Assembly (NCBI GenBank): GCA_043228905.1
Contig: JBHGNT010000007.1
Coordinates: forward strand, 11,532,001 to 11,596,000
DNA: 64,000 nucleotides
Direction: 5' to 3'
DNA from: Azolla caroliniana
Lineage: Eukaryota; Plantae; Polypodiophyta
Part shown: positions 26,638-41,020 of the stretch, piece after piece
Numbering within the stretch: position 1 is the first letter of the stretch
How the letters are laid out: the number at the start of each line of letters is the position of its first letter
Program-made: the position numbers and the translations under genes
The notes under the pieces: model-generated
Database searches by the model: none
Seen by the model: only the letters and a program-made list of their open reading frames with translations
What the model was told of the DNA's origin: nothing

Positions 26638-27043
26638 TGTTGACATACAAGCTCAACATTGGGTGCGTAAATGGGTGTGTAACCCAATGCGTAGACTGGG
26701 TGCATAAAACCGTATGTACAACATGGTCATAGCAATGCATAAACCGAGAGGCCGTTAGAATGTTATTCCTCGTAAGGAATAATTTTGGGAGTAAGTGTAG
26801 GATGCTCATTTATGAGCGGTCAAGTACTGACAGTATTTGTGTCAGCCCAATAGTCAGGGCTTGTATAAAAGGCGCTCACTGAGCACGAAGTATGTACAGA
26901 GAACATATAGAGAATTATTTTGAATATAGTTTCATTTATGCTCTCTCTCTGTCTCGCCCTCTCCTTCTCTGTGATTTCTGCATTTTACCGAACTATTTAC
27001 TCTGTGACTTACGCATACGCTTCCGCACACGTATTCTTTTACA
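26638..27043 (+). repeat. 3' LTR of copia C
   Basis: Follows the PPT; matches 9836-10233. Confidence 0.92.
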
Positions 27044-27957
27044 TTCTGGAAGTGCCCCAGCTTCCCACAGTAGAAGCAAGTAGGCCTCCCCCTTGACTTC
27101 GACCTCGTCCCCAATTTGTCCCGATTTTGGGGACTCTGATACCAGCCTCTTCCCCGGTAATGGTCATCTTCCGTAACCAAGGCCTTCGGATCGGTTTCGG
27201 ACTCCCGGTCCTTCCCGCGAACTTCTTCATCTAGCAAGCTTGATTTTACCCTTGCTAGGGACCCTTGATTTCCTTCCGGCCCGGCGTTGCCCAAAGTGAC
27301 AACTAGTGTCTCCCAACTATCCGGGAGGGAGCCGAGTAGGAGCAATGCAAGTACCTTGTCGGCTAGAGGTACTTCGAGCGAAGTTGTTTGGTTTATGAGC
27401 CCCTGAAATGCGTTCATGTGCTCCGCCATGTTGGACCCGTCCTGGTACCGGAATCTCACTAACTTCCGGAATACCGAAACCTGATTTACGCCGTTTTTAC
27501 TCTCCACCATGGTGCCGATTTTTCCCAAAGCACATGAGCCTTACTTTCTTCGTTGAAGTTGTTGTACAGGCTCATGTCAATGAAGCACCATATGTCTGCC
27601 GTTGTCTTCATGTGCATCACCTCCCATGTCATGACATCGATCTTATCCGGTTTCTTGTCCCCGAATTGTATCGGTAGCTAGAGATCTTTGACCATGAGCA
27701 TGTCCCTCATCTTCGACTTCCACACTGGGTAGTTGGAGCCAATGAGCTTGAACATGCCTCCGAATGATTCTTCCATTCTCTTGTTGGCTCTGATACCAAT
27801 TTGATAGGAACTAGTGCGGAAGTATTGCTCGGCCAAAACTGAGTCTCAAATCTCTTTATAAAGGACCAAACACAAAAAATGGGAAATAGGTATGATGAAT
27901 GCACGTACACAAAACAATGATAGAGAACACGGGATGTTTACTTGGAAAACCCTAAGT
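27044..27957 (-). mobile_element. Copia B 5' part (gag, PBS 27787-27798, truncated 5' LTR from 27802)
   Basis: ORF 26932-27528 gag (LLLGSLPDSWETLVV; CFYCGKLGHFQ); gctctgatacca; LTR resembles the one at 56969. Confidence 0.88.
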
Positions 27958-28734
27958 AAATGGACGTCAAGAACACCTTTCTTCAAGGCGAATTAGAAGA
28001 GGAGGTGTACATGGTACAACCACCCGGCTTCGAATCCAACTTTCATCTGAAAGCCGTCTTCCCACTCAAGAAGCCTCTCTACAGGCCTTAAGCAAGCACC
28101 ACATGCTTGGCATTCGAAGATAACACAATATCTTCATCAAATCGACTTCCAAATGTCGAAATCCGACAACTCCCTCTACACAAGAATCGATTTGGGAAGT
28201 CTGATTGTCATCATTCTATATGTGGATGATCTGGTCATTAGAGGTGAAAGTCTAGTCGACATCAACAAGGTCAAGTCCCTCCTCTCCAACAAATTCGAGA
28301 TGACGGACATGAAGGAGCTCCATTACTTCCTTGGCATCGAGGTAATTCGGACTCCAGATGACATTATGATATCTCAACGACACTACATCCTTAACTTGTT
28401 ATACAAGTTCGGGATGATTGAGTGTAAACCTATGGCAACCCCTCGTGGTCAAAATCTCAAACTTGATGCCAACTCCGGCACAGAAGAGTGTGAGCCGAAT
28501 CAATATCGACACCTGATCGAGAGCCTCATCTATCTCACAGTCACTCGACCAAACCTTAGCTACCCGGTCAGTCTCCTCAGCCAATTCATGCAAAAACCAC
28601 GAGACATTTACTTGGATTGCGCTAAGCGAGTATTACGATACGTGAGTGGCACAATGGATTGTGGTATTCTCTACCAATCGGCCACACCAATTCGGCTCGA
28701 AGGGTACTTAGATGCTGACTAGGCTGGCTACATA

Positions 28735-29256
28735 TAACAATTGGCAACAGTTCGGTTTGAACCGAACCGAACCGCGAAACCACGGTTTAACGGTTTTCAA
28801 CAGTTCTGTTTAGGTTTAGGTTTATTTAAACAGTTCGGTTCGGTTTCGGTTTGGTTTCAACAGTAAAAAACTGCGGTTTAAACGGTTTAACAGTTTCTAT
28901 TTTTTATTTTTTTATTTTTTTATTTTTTTATTTTATTTTTTAAAAAATTCTAAAAATTCTAAAAAAATTTAAAAATTATTTTTTAACAATCTCTTCATTT
29001 TTACACCTTATTCTCACATTTTAGGAAAATCTTAAAAATTTTAAAAATTCTAATTAATGAAATATTATAAAAATTAAAAATTAAAATTTTGACCTATGTT
29101 GAAAACCGAAACTGAACCATGAAACCGCGGTTTTTACGGTTTGAAAAATGTTTAACAGTTCGGTTTAATGGTTTCGCGGTTTGGTTCAAGTTTCAAAAAT
29201 TTTAAATGGTTCGGTTTGGACCTTCTCAAACCGAACCGAACCGTTGCCGATTGTTA
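28735..29256. mobile_element. hAT-type MITE
   Basis: TIR TAACAATTGGCAACAGTTCGGTT / AACCGAACCGTTGCCGATTGTTA; 8-bp TSD GCTACATA/GCTACAGA; many AACCG/CGGTT subterminal motifs; AT-rich core. Confidence 0.9.
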
Positions 29257-29911
29257 GCTACAGAACCGATCGACGATCAACCTCCGGATTTGTTTTCTCC
29301 CTCGGCAGCGGAGCAATTTCGTGGAGTACCAAGAAGCAGCCGATTGTTGCGCTTTCGAGCACAGAGGCCGAATACAGGGGTGCAGATCTGGCTACATGTG
29401 AAGTCGTATGGCTCAAGAGGATTTTGAAGGATTTGAGCATTCCCATCAAGGATCTAACTCCTCTTTACTATGACAACATGAGCAGTATTTATCTGGTTCA
29501 GAACCCGGTGTTCCACGCACACACGAAGCATATCGAAGTGCACTATCACTTCATTTGAAAGCGCGTTCAGGCAGGAGATGTCGACCTTCACCACATTAGC
29601 ACGCATCTTCAAACAACTAACATCTTCACCAAAGCCTTAAGAGCCGACAAGCTTTGGCAATTCATGTCAGACCTTGGATTGACGATCCCTGACTTGCCAA
29701 GCTTGAGGGGGATTACAAGAGAGAACCAGATACTGTCTGAACCGGGTACCAACCGAAGCGGACACCGGATATCGTCCGAATCGAATACTAACCGAAGCGG
29801 ACATCAACCAAAAATAACCGACCCAAATTGAGCTTGAGGGCGGGCTTTGAGAATCAAGCTCAACCTCGTATTGTGTCAACACACCCTTTGAGAATCTATG
29901 AGCACTCAAAG

Positions 29912-30043
29912 TGAAGGGTAGATATTTGCGGAAACATACGTGTGAGGACCTATTGTATGTACTCAACAAACAACACAGAAGGGAGGCAAGAAGATAAACA
30001 GAGAGCGTACACGTTCTAAGCTTTAATGGAAGCTCTATTATTC

Positions 30044-30118
<75 letters not shown>

Positions 30119-33100
30119 ACGTGCTATACAAGAATGATTAAGAGATTGTCTTTACAATGTTAGGCTATTGCATATATACTAAGCCCTAACTGTTTGGACA
30201 AGTTCACACTAGGATAAAAATTCAAAGGAGTCGACCTTTTATGCCAACAAACTCCCCCATAAAAGGACTACTCTTTTCTGCATGTACAAATGTTTGGGGT
30301 TATCTCCCCCGTAAACCTAGATTATAAAATTAATCTAGGTTTATATTTACAAGTCAATTGGCATGTGGCTGAGTCAGTAGAGATGTGTTCAATGTTTAGC
30401 CTGGTTCGATTAGTCAGTCAAATTGACTTACCTGAGTTGATTAGTTCGACTTACCTTCTACTCAGTTGTTTGTCACAGTCCCATCTTAGTCCTTAGTGCT
30501 CCGAAGCGTTGATCTGGGAGTGGCTTTGTCAAGCAATCGACGATGTTCACCTTAGTATCGATCTTCCGAACTTCAAGCTTCTTCTCGGTTATGAGCTCGC
30601 AGATGTGATGATACCGCACCTCAATATGCTTTGTCTTTGCGTGATAGGTAGGATTGTTTATGAGGTGTATAGCGCTCTATGAGTCGCAATAGATGTTTGG
30701 TGTTGGTCAGTCGATTCGGCTTGTAGATGAGAAGTTGGTAGACAGTCGGTGCAGCCATATCGCTTCCTTCGCTGCCTTTGATGCTGCTATGTACTCGGCC
30801 TCTATGGTCGATAGGGCCATGCACTCTTGAAGCTTTGACCTCCATGATATAACACCACCACCATAGGTGAAGATATAGCCAGATGTTGACTTCCAATTGT
30901 CCGTATTACCGGCATAATCGGAGTTAGTGTAGCCTTTGACTTCGGTTGACGTTGTCAAACCGAAAGTCAGTTGTGCATCCATGGTTCCTCTTAGCTATCT
31001 ACGGATATGCTTAACGGCCTCCCAATGCTTCCATCTTGGATTTGACATGTACCGGCTGACCACCCCTACGGTATAGGCTAGGTCAGGTCGGGTCGCCACA
31101 ATTGCGTACATGATACTTCCTACGGCCAATGCGTAGGGCATTTTTCCATTAAGCTCTCTCTCCTTGTCTGTTGAAGGAGAGTCTTTGTCCGATAGTTGGA
31201 TCGACGTCGGAAGTGGTGTTGGTGTTCGCTTTACATTCTTCATGTTGAAGCGCTTCAACACCTTTCGAATGTAGATGGACTGGGAGAGTCGAAGAGTCTT
31301 GGTCGTCCGATTCCGCTCGATCCTCATGCCCAGTATGTGACGGTCTTGTCCGAGTTCCTTCATCGCAAACTTGTCATGAAGGCTCTACTTTAGCTTTCCG
31401 ATCTTTGTTTGATTGCTACCTACAATCAGGATGTCAACGACATATAGGATCAGATAAATCCTAGACTCGTCAGCCAGTTGCCGAATGTACATACATGGGT
31501 CAGAGTCTGATCGCCAATATCCAAGCTACTTGATGTAGGAGTCGAACTTCTTGTACCACATCCTCGTTGCTTGTTTCAAGCCATAGAGACTTTTCTTCAA
31601 GCGGCATATGAGGTGACTTTCCTCCCCGATCGTCGTGAAGCCTTCCGGTTGACACATATAAATGTCTTCTTCTAGATCTCCGTGTAGGAATGTCGTCTTT
31701 ACATCTAACTGCTCTAGGTCTAGGTCTTCTGTCACCGCAACTCACTAGTAGAAGTTTGAGGGTGGTCATCTTGACTACTAGTGAGAATATCTCGTCGTAG
31801 TTGACCCCATGTTCTTGTTTGAATCCTTTTGCGACAAGTTCAGCTTTGTACTTGGGTTTCTCAGAATCAGATACATATTTGTATTAGAATACCCATTTGC
31901 AAGGTAGCGGCTTTCTCCCAACTGGTACTTCGACCACCTCCCATGTCTAATTCTAGTGAATTGAGTCCATTTCGGATTTCATGGCTTGTAGCCATGTGTC
32001 GGCGTCCGGTGCGGCTATAGCTTCTTCATAAGAACTTGGTTCGCCTGCATCCGTGTAGTTCACATAGTCGAGGCCCGATTGATAAAATTTTGTAGGCCTT
32101 CTAACTCATCCGGATCTCCTGACTGCCGATTTTGTTGGTTCAAACTCTTCCGTCGACTCGACCGGCCAATCAATATTACTTGAACCATCTTCAAGAGTCC
32201 TATTAGGTGACTCTCCCCCGTCTTGGGATTTCGGTGGTGTCATGGTGTCCTCTCCTATGGATTTTGTCGACTCGGGTTTGTTTTCAAATCGCATCTTGTT
32301 GACTTTGCCTTGTTCGACTCTTGTCGAATCAACTTTGTCTTTGATGGCTTTGTCTTTGAGTTCAACTAGTGGACCTCCTATCGATTCGGTGTCGGTAGGT
32401 ATGTTGTCGGCTTGGTCAAGTTTGACTGTTTGTCGAATCTTTGATTCGGCTTGGTGGGATGGTCCTTCTACAACATCTTTGTTGGCTTTGAAGGATACCT
32501 TTTTACCAACTATTTTCTACTAGTTCCATTGGGAGAAGATAGAGTCTTCATTGAAGACTACATTGCTGGTCCGGATCAGTTTCCGGTTCTCCGGGTCCCA
32601 TAGCTTGTAGTCGAAGTCCCCATTGGTTCCATAACCGAGAAATGTGCACTTCATTGCATGGGGTGCCAACTTGGTCTTTTTCTCCCTGGGGATGAACGCG
32701 TAGGCTTCGCATCCGAATATACGGAGCCTATCGTAGGTCGGCTATTTGCCTGACCATAGTGCATGTGGTACTTCGAGCCTAATTGCTTTCAACGGAGAAA
32801 GATTTACTAGGTATATTGCCATCTGCAATGCCTCAGCCCAAAACTCCAACTTGAGTCCGGCTTGCTGGAGCATTGCCATCACCCTCTCCTGGATCATTCG
32901 ATTGATCCGTTCAGCCACTCCATTCTGCATGGGTGTGTAAGGAATGATCTTTTGATGACGGATCCCTTTGTCGGACAGGTACTGCTTGAAGGCTCTGGAG
33001 GTGTATTCGCCTCCATTGTCGGATCGTAGTGTCGTCACTCTATATCCCGACCGGTTCTCCACTTTAGATATCCATCAAGTGAAGACCTCAAGCGCTTCGT

Positions 33101-35104
33101 CTTTGGACCTGATGGAGTAGGCCCAAACCTTCCGTGTACAGTCTACAAATGTGATGAAGTACTAGGAGCCTCCTATTGATCGCTCCGTCATGGGCCCACA
33201 TATATCTATGTGCACGAGCTGTAGGGGTTGTCGTATTGTCTCGTAGTGGAGAGAGTGCGGACTTCAGGTCTGTTTCCCGTGTTGACAATGCTCGTAGAAG
33301 TCTGTCTTTGCTTGATGTTTCGGGATGTAGCCTACCGCCATCAACCAATCCAATCCTGCTTGAGACATATGGCCGAGTCGGCCATGCCATAAATTTGGGT
33401 CGGTCTTTTCGGCTATGTTCACGGCCCCTTCTGGATTGATCGCCATTAATGGGTACAAGTTATTGTACTTGTGCCCGCTCCCGATTTTGAGATTTCCTCG
33501 GCTGATCATCCATGTTGACTCACTGAGAGTCGTTCGGTATTTGTCTTCGGCTAATATGCCAATGGAGACCAGACTCCTTTTCAAATCAAGTAGGTGTCGG
33601 ACTTGGTGCAGGGTGATCATGTTGCCATTAGCCAATCGGATGGGAGCCTCTCCAGTCCCTGTGATTCTAGACTCCTGCCCGTTGTCTGGTCGGATTCGAT
33701 CGTTGGCGTCGGCTAAATAGTTCAAAAACCATTCAATATTAGGGGTCACGTGGAATGTGGCACTGGAATCCAGTAACCATGTATGTGCATCATGTGCACT
33801 GTATAGGACTTCTCCTATCATTGAATCCTCTAAGGAGAAAATTTCTCCTGGTCGAGTGTTGGCAACGTTGATTTGGTTGCCGACTTGGGTCATCCTCGAT
33901 TCCACTCGAATCGCCAACCACTCTCTTTCCTCTTGATTGACCAGCAGTCAAAAACATTGTGGCCAGCATTTCTACAATGTGTACAGAATTCGCCTAATCA
34001 GCCCTATTCTCGACTTTGACCATTATCGGTCTCCCCACATTTTCGATCAACTATGGTGTCGACCGACTCCATTGTCTTGTTCTCTTGATCGACTCAATCG
34101 GTCGACCGACTCGGTCGAGTGGTGGGATTCTGTCGATTCGTCGATGGTGAGTCCCATCGATTTTCGCCGAATGTCCTCGGTGAGGACTTGGCCAATCGTC
34201 TCATCCAAGTTTAGGATTGGTCGGCTATTGGCATACGTCATGCAGAATACCTCCCAACTCGCTGGCAAGCTCAATAGGAGGCCAAGGGCTTTCACTTCTT
34301 CTTCGAAGTTGATCCCTTGTGAGGAGAGTTCTAATAACACCCGATTGAAGGTGTTGATGTGGGAGGTAGCCAGATCGGTCTCTCTCATCTTCATGTTGAA
34401 CAATTGTTTGATCAAAATCAGTTTTGAAGATGAGGACTTTTTCTCGTACAAGGCTTGTAGCTTCTCCCACAATGAAAACGTTGTCATCTCTTTGCCATGC
34501 TGAAGTAAACGTTTTCAGCCACATACATTCGGATGGTGGAGCATGCAATTTTGTCTATGGATCTCCACTCTTCAACTGTCATCGAGGCAAGTTTTTCACT
34601 GTGTCGAATGGCTTCAACTTGTCTTCTGATGATCAGCACATCCTGCATCATCTCCTTCCATAGGGCAAAGTTTTTGTCGTCGAATTTTCTGATTTCAACT
34701 CCTGTTCCGGATGTTGAAGCCATATTCTTCTTCAAAAGTGAGATTTTACTAACCTGGTCTTTTTCCTTTCAGCTTTTTCTACTGTTCGTTGCCGTTGAAC
34801 CGCAAGTCACTCTGATACTAGTTGAAGGGCAAATATGTGCGGAAATGTACGTGTGAGGACCTATTGTATGTGCTCAGCAAACAACACAAAAGGGAGGCAA
34901 GAAGATAAACAGAAAATGTACACGTTCTAAGCTTTAATGGAAGCTCTATTATTCTGTTCTCTCTCTCTCTAAGACGCGCTATACAAGAATGATCAAGAGA
35001 TTGTCTTTACAACGTTAGCTTATTGCTTATATACTGAGCCCTAACTGTTTGGACGAGTTCACACTAGGATAAAAATTGGAAGGAGTCATCCTTTTATGCC
35101 AATA
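29912..35104 (-). mobile_element. Ty1/copia element E, structurally complete (about 5.2 kb) but ORFs degenerate
   Basis: LTRs 29912-30249 and 34823-35104; TSD CAAAG/GAAAG; PPT 30250-30260; mutated PBS 34809-34820; gag, PR, INT (RSDNGGEY), RT and RH present. Confidence 0.92.
30047..30115 (+). repeat. (CT)n microsatellite expanded in one LTR of copia E
   Basis: About 34 CT units versus about 7 in the sister LTR at about 34958. Confidence 0.95.
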
Positions 35105-35481
35105 GAAAGGTCAAAAGTCACACCACTACTCTCTACACATTAAATGTGTCATAGAATCATATTCTATGACACATAACTAATGAGTTTCATATTCCCCATG
35201 ACCAATGAGTCTTCACATTCCCCAAGAGAGAGTGGTTGTTGTAGTGGAGTTAATGAAGAGAGAAGGTAACCTTATATAAAACACCCTCCTCCTACTTCAT
35301 AAGGTGTCGGTTGTCCTCCCTTGTAATGCTACATTTTGTAATTGATATTCTCCTTGTTAATATACATTCTTCTTCTCGAGTATTTTATATTTCTCTTTTA
35401 TCAATCTTGTGTTTTCTCTTCTCTCCTATCTTTCCTCTTACACATGCACATAACACACATCTCTTCCGCTGCATAGAATCA

Positions 35482-37621
35482 TACCCGATTCTTTACAGAG
35501 ATGAATTCATCGGAGAAGTACTCCTTGCCTCCATCCAATCGTACACATCGATTATGCTAATCGGATTCTTTTTCGACTTGGCTATTGAGCTTTTGAAAGT
35601 GGGGGAGCACTTCACTCTTCTTCTTCATTGGGAAGATCCACGTGTAGTGGGCGTGGTCGTCGATAAAGGTGACATAGTACCGCATCTTCCGATTGTCAGT
35701 TTTTGGGTTGGCCCCCATACATCTGAGTGGATGATTTCAAGGAGGCCTTTTCTTACGTAGCTCTCCTTTGGAAATGGGAGTCGATGTTGTTTCCTGAGTT
35801 GACATGCTTCACACACTCGATCGACTCGTTTCGACTCAAAGGCCAGAAGTTCGATGACGACTCCCTTTGATTACATAGTTCGGAGCCACTGCAGGTTGAT
35901 ATGGCCGATTCTCTTTTGCGACAACTCAATGTTTGTCTCGGTTTTGAGACCTTTGGCAAACATGGCCGATTTTACCTTGTTCGAATCGAGAATGAACATT
36001 TGGACATCTCTCCGTCCCCTAGCTATGAGTTGGCCATCTTTTTCTATAAAGTATCCTTCGTTGTTGAAACAAACTTGCATTCCTTGCTCCACGATTTGGC
36101 CTACCGAGACCAAATTCTTTGTTATTGTAGGCATGTGCAAGACATTCTTAATGCAATTTTTTTTGCCGTCTTTGCCAAATGGAACGTTGCCGATGTGCCA
36201 AATGGGATGTCTGGTGTCGTCTCCCATCTCTATGTAGTCGGGTCGATCCAGCATTCTTAAGTCACGAAACCACTCTTGGTGTGACATCATATGATGTGAG
36301 GCATCGGAGTCAACGAAGCACACGTCTTCCAAGTTGAAGATGTTTGTGGAGTCGAAGGCTGACATAGAGTTCGGTCTATGTCTCATTGCGAATAGTACAC
36401 CGTAGTCATCGTATTCGCAATTGGTGGCGTAGTTTGTGAGTTGTTGACTTGTGGAAGCAGACTCCCTTCTTCTCTTTCGGCATTCCTCTTCACGGTGGCC
36501 GACCTTCCCACAAAAGTTGCAAGTAATGGGCCATGTTTTCTAACCTTGTTCGGTATGGAACCTCCCCCTTCTTCCGAAGGTTCCTCGATGGCTTCTGTCT
36601 TCTTGTCGACGGTTTGAGTTCCCTTCGTGAGATGGGCCGAATCGACCTCTTCTACCGCCTTGACCTCGTCCTCGGCTACCATCCGAATTCGAGAAGAACA
36701 TTTGTCCTTCCGACATCTTGGTCTTGGTTGGAACGTGGTTCTCTTCAACCAATAGCATTGATTGAAGATCGAAGAACGAAGGAGGGTTTTCTCTCGCTAA
36801 GATAGTCGTCCTTATTGGGTCGAACCGTTGTGCGAGGCCACCCACACACACTTGCACCATTTCGTCCTCTTCAATGTTTATGTTGATGGAGCTAAGTGAG
36901 TCACAGATGCTCTTGATCTTGGCGGTGTAGTTCAACACAGACATATCTTTTTGTTGAATGTTGTTCAACTCTTGCCGAAATTGACACTTGCGGGTGGCCG
37001 TGTTGGCGGAGAAGATTTTCTTCAAGTTCTCCCACGCTTCTTTAGGCGTCTTGGCATCTCAAATGTGGCTAACCATATGATCGTGGGCGTATCTGACACA
37101 CACTCACTATGCATTGGTTGGGCTTAGTGGATATGCTAAACCACACGCTCTGATACCATGTTAATATTAGGTAATTAACTAAGGGTTAATTCATATCTAA
37201 TTATGTGAGAAGTTAATCATGTATGTGATTAAGCCATGGAAGATTATGTGATATGTGTGTATATGTGTGTGAGAGAAAGAGATAGAGGAAGTTACACTTA
37301 TGAACAATGAGATAAATGGGGGGTGATTAACAAGAGTGTAGGTAAAGACCTTTCTCTATATTAATAAGCATCAATGAGGTATATATACATGATTACATCT
37401 CATGTGCAAGGGTGCACATATGTGAGTAGAATATAGGTACAAGGATGTAAGGCCTATATTTAATGAACTTGGTAGTGGAAGATCTATAATGCATCCCCAC
37501 TAAGTAAAAAATCCTATTTAAGGCTTTTAGGTCAACACTTCTAACTAGATTCTAATTATGTATCTTCTAAGTTACATGGTTGACTAAATAACTAAACCTA
37601 GTTGAGCTTGATATCTCAACA
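35482..37621 (-). mobile_element. Ty1/copia element F, 5' part (LTR 37159-37621, PBS 37147-37158, gag to INT N-terminus)
   Basis: gctctgatacca; gag similar to element A; FVDSDASHHM protease; CEACQL..HSDVWGP. Confidence 0.88.
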
Positions 37622-39381
37622 ATATCAAAAGACTCTTTGAATGTAATTCACACGTTACCAAATATACTACCACATGGCATGCATGTTCAATACCAATGTT
37701 AAACCATTCAATTTTGTGTTTATTGATATTTCAATAGCTACAAGAATTCATTGTGGACATTTCTGATACATTCAGTATTCAATTCTTGTGCCACACATTG
37801 AAGATTGAAATACTTGCCCTTGTAAACCGAAATCATGTTCAGGTCGTACATTTGTTCTTTGAATTAGAATTTCTATTCATGAAGTAAATATGTCATGACA
37901 CCCCTATGTCAAGGTAGGATAATAGAAAGGGTGAGGATTAGGTGAGTGGTCGATGTCATCAAGGTGGGAATGTGGTAGAAGATATTGAAGCAATGTTGGT
38001 GGGAGTGGAAGATTGAGTATTGTGTGAAGGGAGAAGGGAGAAAAGGGAATGACAAGATAGATTGTTCAAGTGGGAACAGGTTGGACATGCGTACAGACAA
38101 TGGTGTAGAATGGGGCCTTGAATATTGAGGGGAGGCTACTAGATAGATTGCCCGAGTGCGCAAACCATAAAAAACTCGACATTACCCCAAATCATTCATG
38201 AGTTTCTCTGTGGACGAAGAACTCCACCATTTTGCAACTCTACTACCTTAGCCCTCACTAGTAGTGTAGTCACTCCATTGGACTAGGTTACCATTTGCAA
38301 CCCCCTTGCTCACTATGACATATTAGTTGTTTTAAAAAAATTGGTGATATTGTTACTATTGAAATGTTCAAATTTGTAGAGTATTGCTTGGACAACAAGA
38401 GTTAATTTGTTTCCAATTGGTTCTCTACACGTCATTCCTACATTCACATTATTATGGTCATCATGAAGTTAACCATGTAAGCATTGAATGATCCTTCCAC
38501 CATTTTTTTGGTGAAATGCCTCTAGCTTGCTAAAGATACTAAACCTCTCCTTGTCGATGCATTCACCCCATTTGTTACGACTCTATCATTAGGATCAAGT
38601 ACTATTAAGGTTATAATTTAGTAAAGACATGGAGAGTAATGAAGAAAACGAAATAGATAGATTGAGATGAATTGGGGTCAAGAAAGAGAGGTGAAGAGAC
38701 AATAGAATGCACGCAATGAACAAATAGCAATTGTCAAAAAATTAATGGATTGACTAAAGAGTCCATAATCCCCTCTTTTTTATGGATCAATTCAAGATAC
38801 TATACAATAATAAATGAATGGGGATCATTTTGCAAGCAAGATTACCCTACGTTAGTTGCTCAATATGAGATTTCCGCTAGAAAGAAACATCAAGCAATAA
38901 GGATCTATTAAAAGTTGTAGTAAGTAGCCCAAACAAGTTGAACCAAATTACACATTATTTCAGCATGTTACATTAGGATTCTCCCTTAATATTGATTCAA
39001 TATCATGTGTTCAAACATCAAGAAATCAAAACAAACTTTACATTGCCTCTTATATTTATATACGATTTTGTACAAAAATATTAATGAATATTAATAATGT
39101 AATAAAGAGCATCAAATCAAGACTTTCTAGACATTGCATTAAATGATTGATAACTCATAACCATAATAAAACTTTGCAAGCTTTTCTATCATTGAATTCG
39201 ATGAGTCATTATTTGCAAATTACTAGACAATGTTTACATTTCGTATGAGATTGATATAGTGCCTACATTTATAACTTTTGTGGTATGTTCTCCTGTATAG
39301 GCTTGATTACCATTGTGACAAACACTCCGAACTTTAGTTTACAAACAACTCTATGGAAGTCATAGAATGAGGTGTTTTAAT

Positions 39382-39453
39382 TTATGCTAGTATGATCAAT
39401 GTCATGCCCCCCACCATCAGCAAGATGAAAGGCAATCGCTTTAAGATCTTCTC
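39382..39453 (-). CDS. EamA/DMT transporter exon 6 (last): EKILKRLPFILLMVGGMTLIILA*
   Basis: AG acceptor at 39455-39454; phase 0 matches exon 5; TAA stop. Confidence 0.85.
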   Translation of the reverse strand, partial: EKILKRLPFILLMVGGMTLIILA

Positions 39454-39989
39454 CTGGCATCAAACATAGCACCAACAACATTGTCGTAAACAAATTGTCT
39501 AAGAGCTTTGCACTTGTAAAGCCTAAATGGAGACATTTCCTTCACATATAACATGAAGGTGTGTATGTTGAAAGACTTATAAACTATTTGTTTCAAGAGA
39601 ATTTCATGAACAAATGTAATCATAATATTTCACGTTATCGTTGCACAATTTTCACTACAAATTACCATATGCCACTAAATAGGTTTAGAATTGGAAATAA
39701 ATAAAACGTCTTGCATTTCTTAGAGGCATGGAGTGTGAGATGAATTACCTTTTCACAAAACAGAAAAACAAGGCCATGCAAATCTAAGAATATTTCACAC
39801 ATATTGCCTACCAACAAATATGGTGCTAACTGTAGTTTGAGCTTTTGACTAATAGTTACAACTGAATATTCATCAGAATACTATACCACATCTTTATTTG
39901 GACACTCAAATTCCCCAAGATTTTTCTTTATTTCCACGAATGCCCTTTCACTTTCCATTATCTCTGTAAACACCTTTGTTCAACCCATT

Positions 39990-41020
39990 GAATTGCCCAA
40001 CAGTAGAAATGGATGAAAAATCCAAGTACAATGCAAGACTGGTTGCAAAAGGGTATGCAAAAGTATTCCTCCCTGTAGTAAGTAGTAAAAATGACCACCT
40101 TGCCTCACTCCAGCTCTTGACATGGAGCTTTGGTAAATGGATAGAAAGAATGCTTTCGAGCATAGTGACACTGAAGGAGAGCTATGTATGAAACAGCCAA
40201 ATGTATTTGCAATTTCCGAATTCTATGAAACTTCCAAAGCTTCCAAGATGAGAGAGACACACACATTCAGAAATAAAGCCTTTCATGTATGAGTGAGGGG
40301 ATGTTGCCCAATTCCTCCCTGTAGTAAAAATGACCAGCTAGCCTCTCTCCAGCTCTTGACATGGCGCTTTAGCACATGGATAGAAAGAATGCTTTCGAGC
40401 ATGGTTTAGGGTTTACCATAATGGTGCTTGGTCTACCTAAGAGGACAGCAGTGTTACATTATAGTAACTGAAACGCCATATGCTTGGCCACAAAACCCAT
40501 GTTTCATATATACTGACTGCATTAATGTGTGGTATCATTTCATCAGGGAGGTGATAGACTGAACTCAATCTCATTGCATAAAATCAGCACTTCACAGAAT
40601 CCTACAGACGCTCTCACTGACTGCCTCTCAAAGGCACAACATCAACACTTTCAACTTGTTAAAGGAGCAAAATAAGTTAAAGGAGCCTCTTTGGCACTTA
40701 AACGAGGAGGTTGATAGGCATAAAGGTCCAAGAACTCTCCATTTGCAAATTTACAAAACGCCTTTCCACTCTGTAACTCTCGTAAGAGCTTCTAGGACAT
40801 ATTTGGGTCACTTGGCCAACGTCAACTGGCTCAGATGCCCTAAAAATACATTCTAATAAAACAATATACTTTTTGCCCCTAATACACAATTATTTTGGGG
40901 GCTCCAAAAACGTGTGTTATCTCCTCCCTCTCTATTTTCTTTGCATCTCAGCCATTTTATTCCTGTCACTCCTACTCCTACTCCTAGTACATCTTACACA
41001 CAGGTGGTACCAAAACAAAC
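39990..41020 (+). mobile_element. Highly decayed copia remnant and LTR-like piece in intron 5
   Basis: KSKYNARLVAKGYA and RH-like residues; about 155 bp (40731-40886) is duplicated at 41758-41911. Confidence 0.6.

Larger units (their letters stand above)
9836..27043 (+). mobile_element. Ty1/copia element C, both LTRs present, internally deleted, hosting three nested insertions
   Basis: LTRs 9836-10233 and 26638-27043; TSD TTCTG at 9831-9835 and 27044-27048; PBS at 10234; PPT AGGGGGAG at 26630-26637; RT/RH pieces at 16852-17975 and 25721-26138. Confidence 0.93.
27958..35481 (+). mobile_element. Ty1/copia element D, 3' part (RT, RNase H, 3' LTR about 29846-35481 split by copia E)
   Basis: MDVKNTFLQG, LYVDDLVI, SSTEAEY and KHIEVHYHF motifs; LTR start resembles the family motif; LTR end approximate. 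Confidence 0.8.

Noticed and set aside
37891-38320. Possible solo LTR (TGTCAT...ATGACA)
   Set aside because: Flanks AAATA/TATTA do not form a TSD and there is no partner in the window
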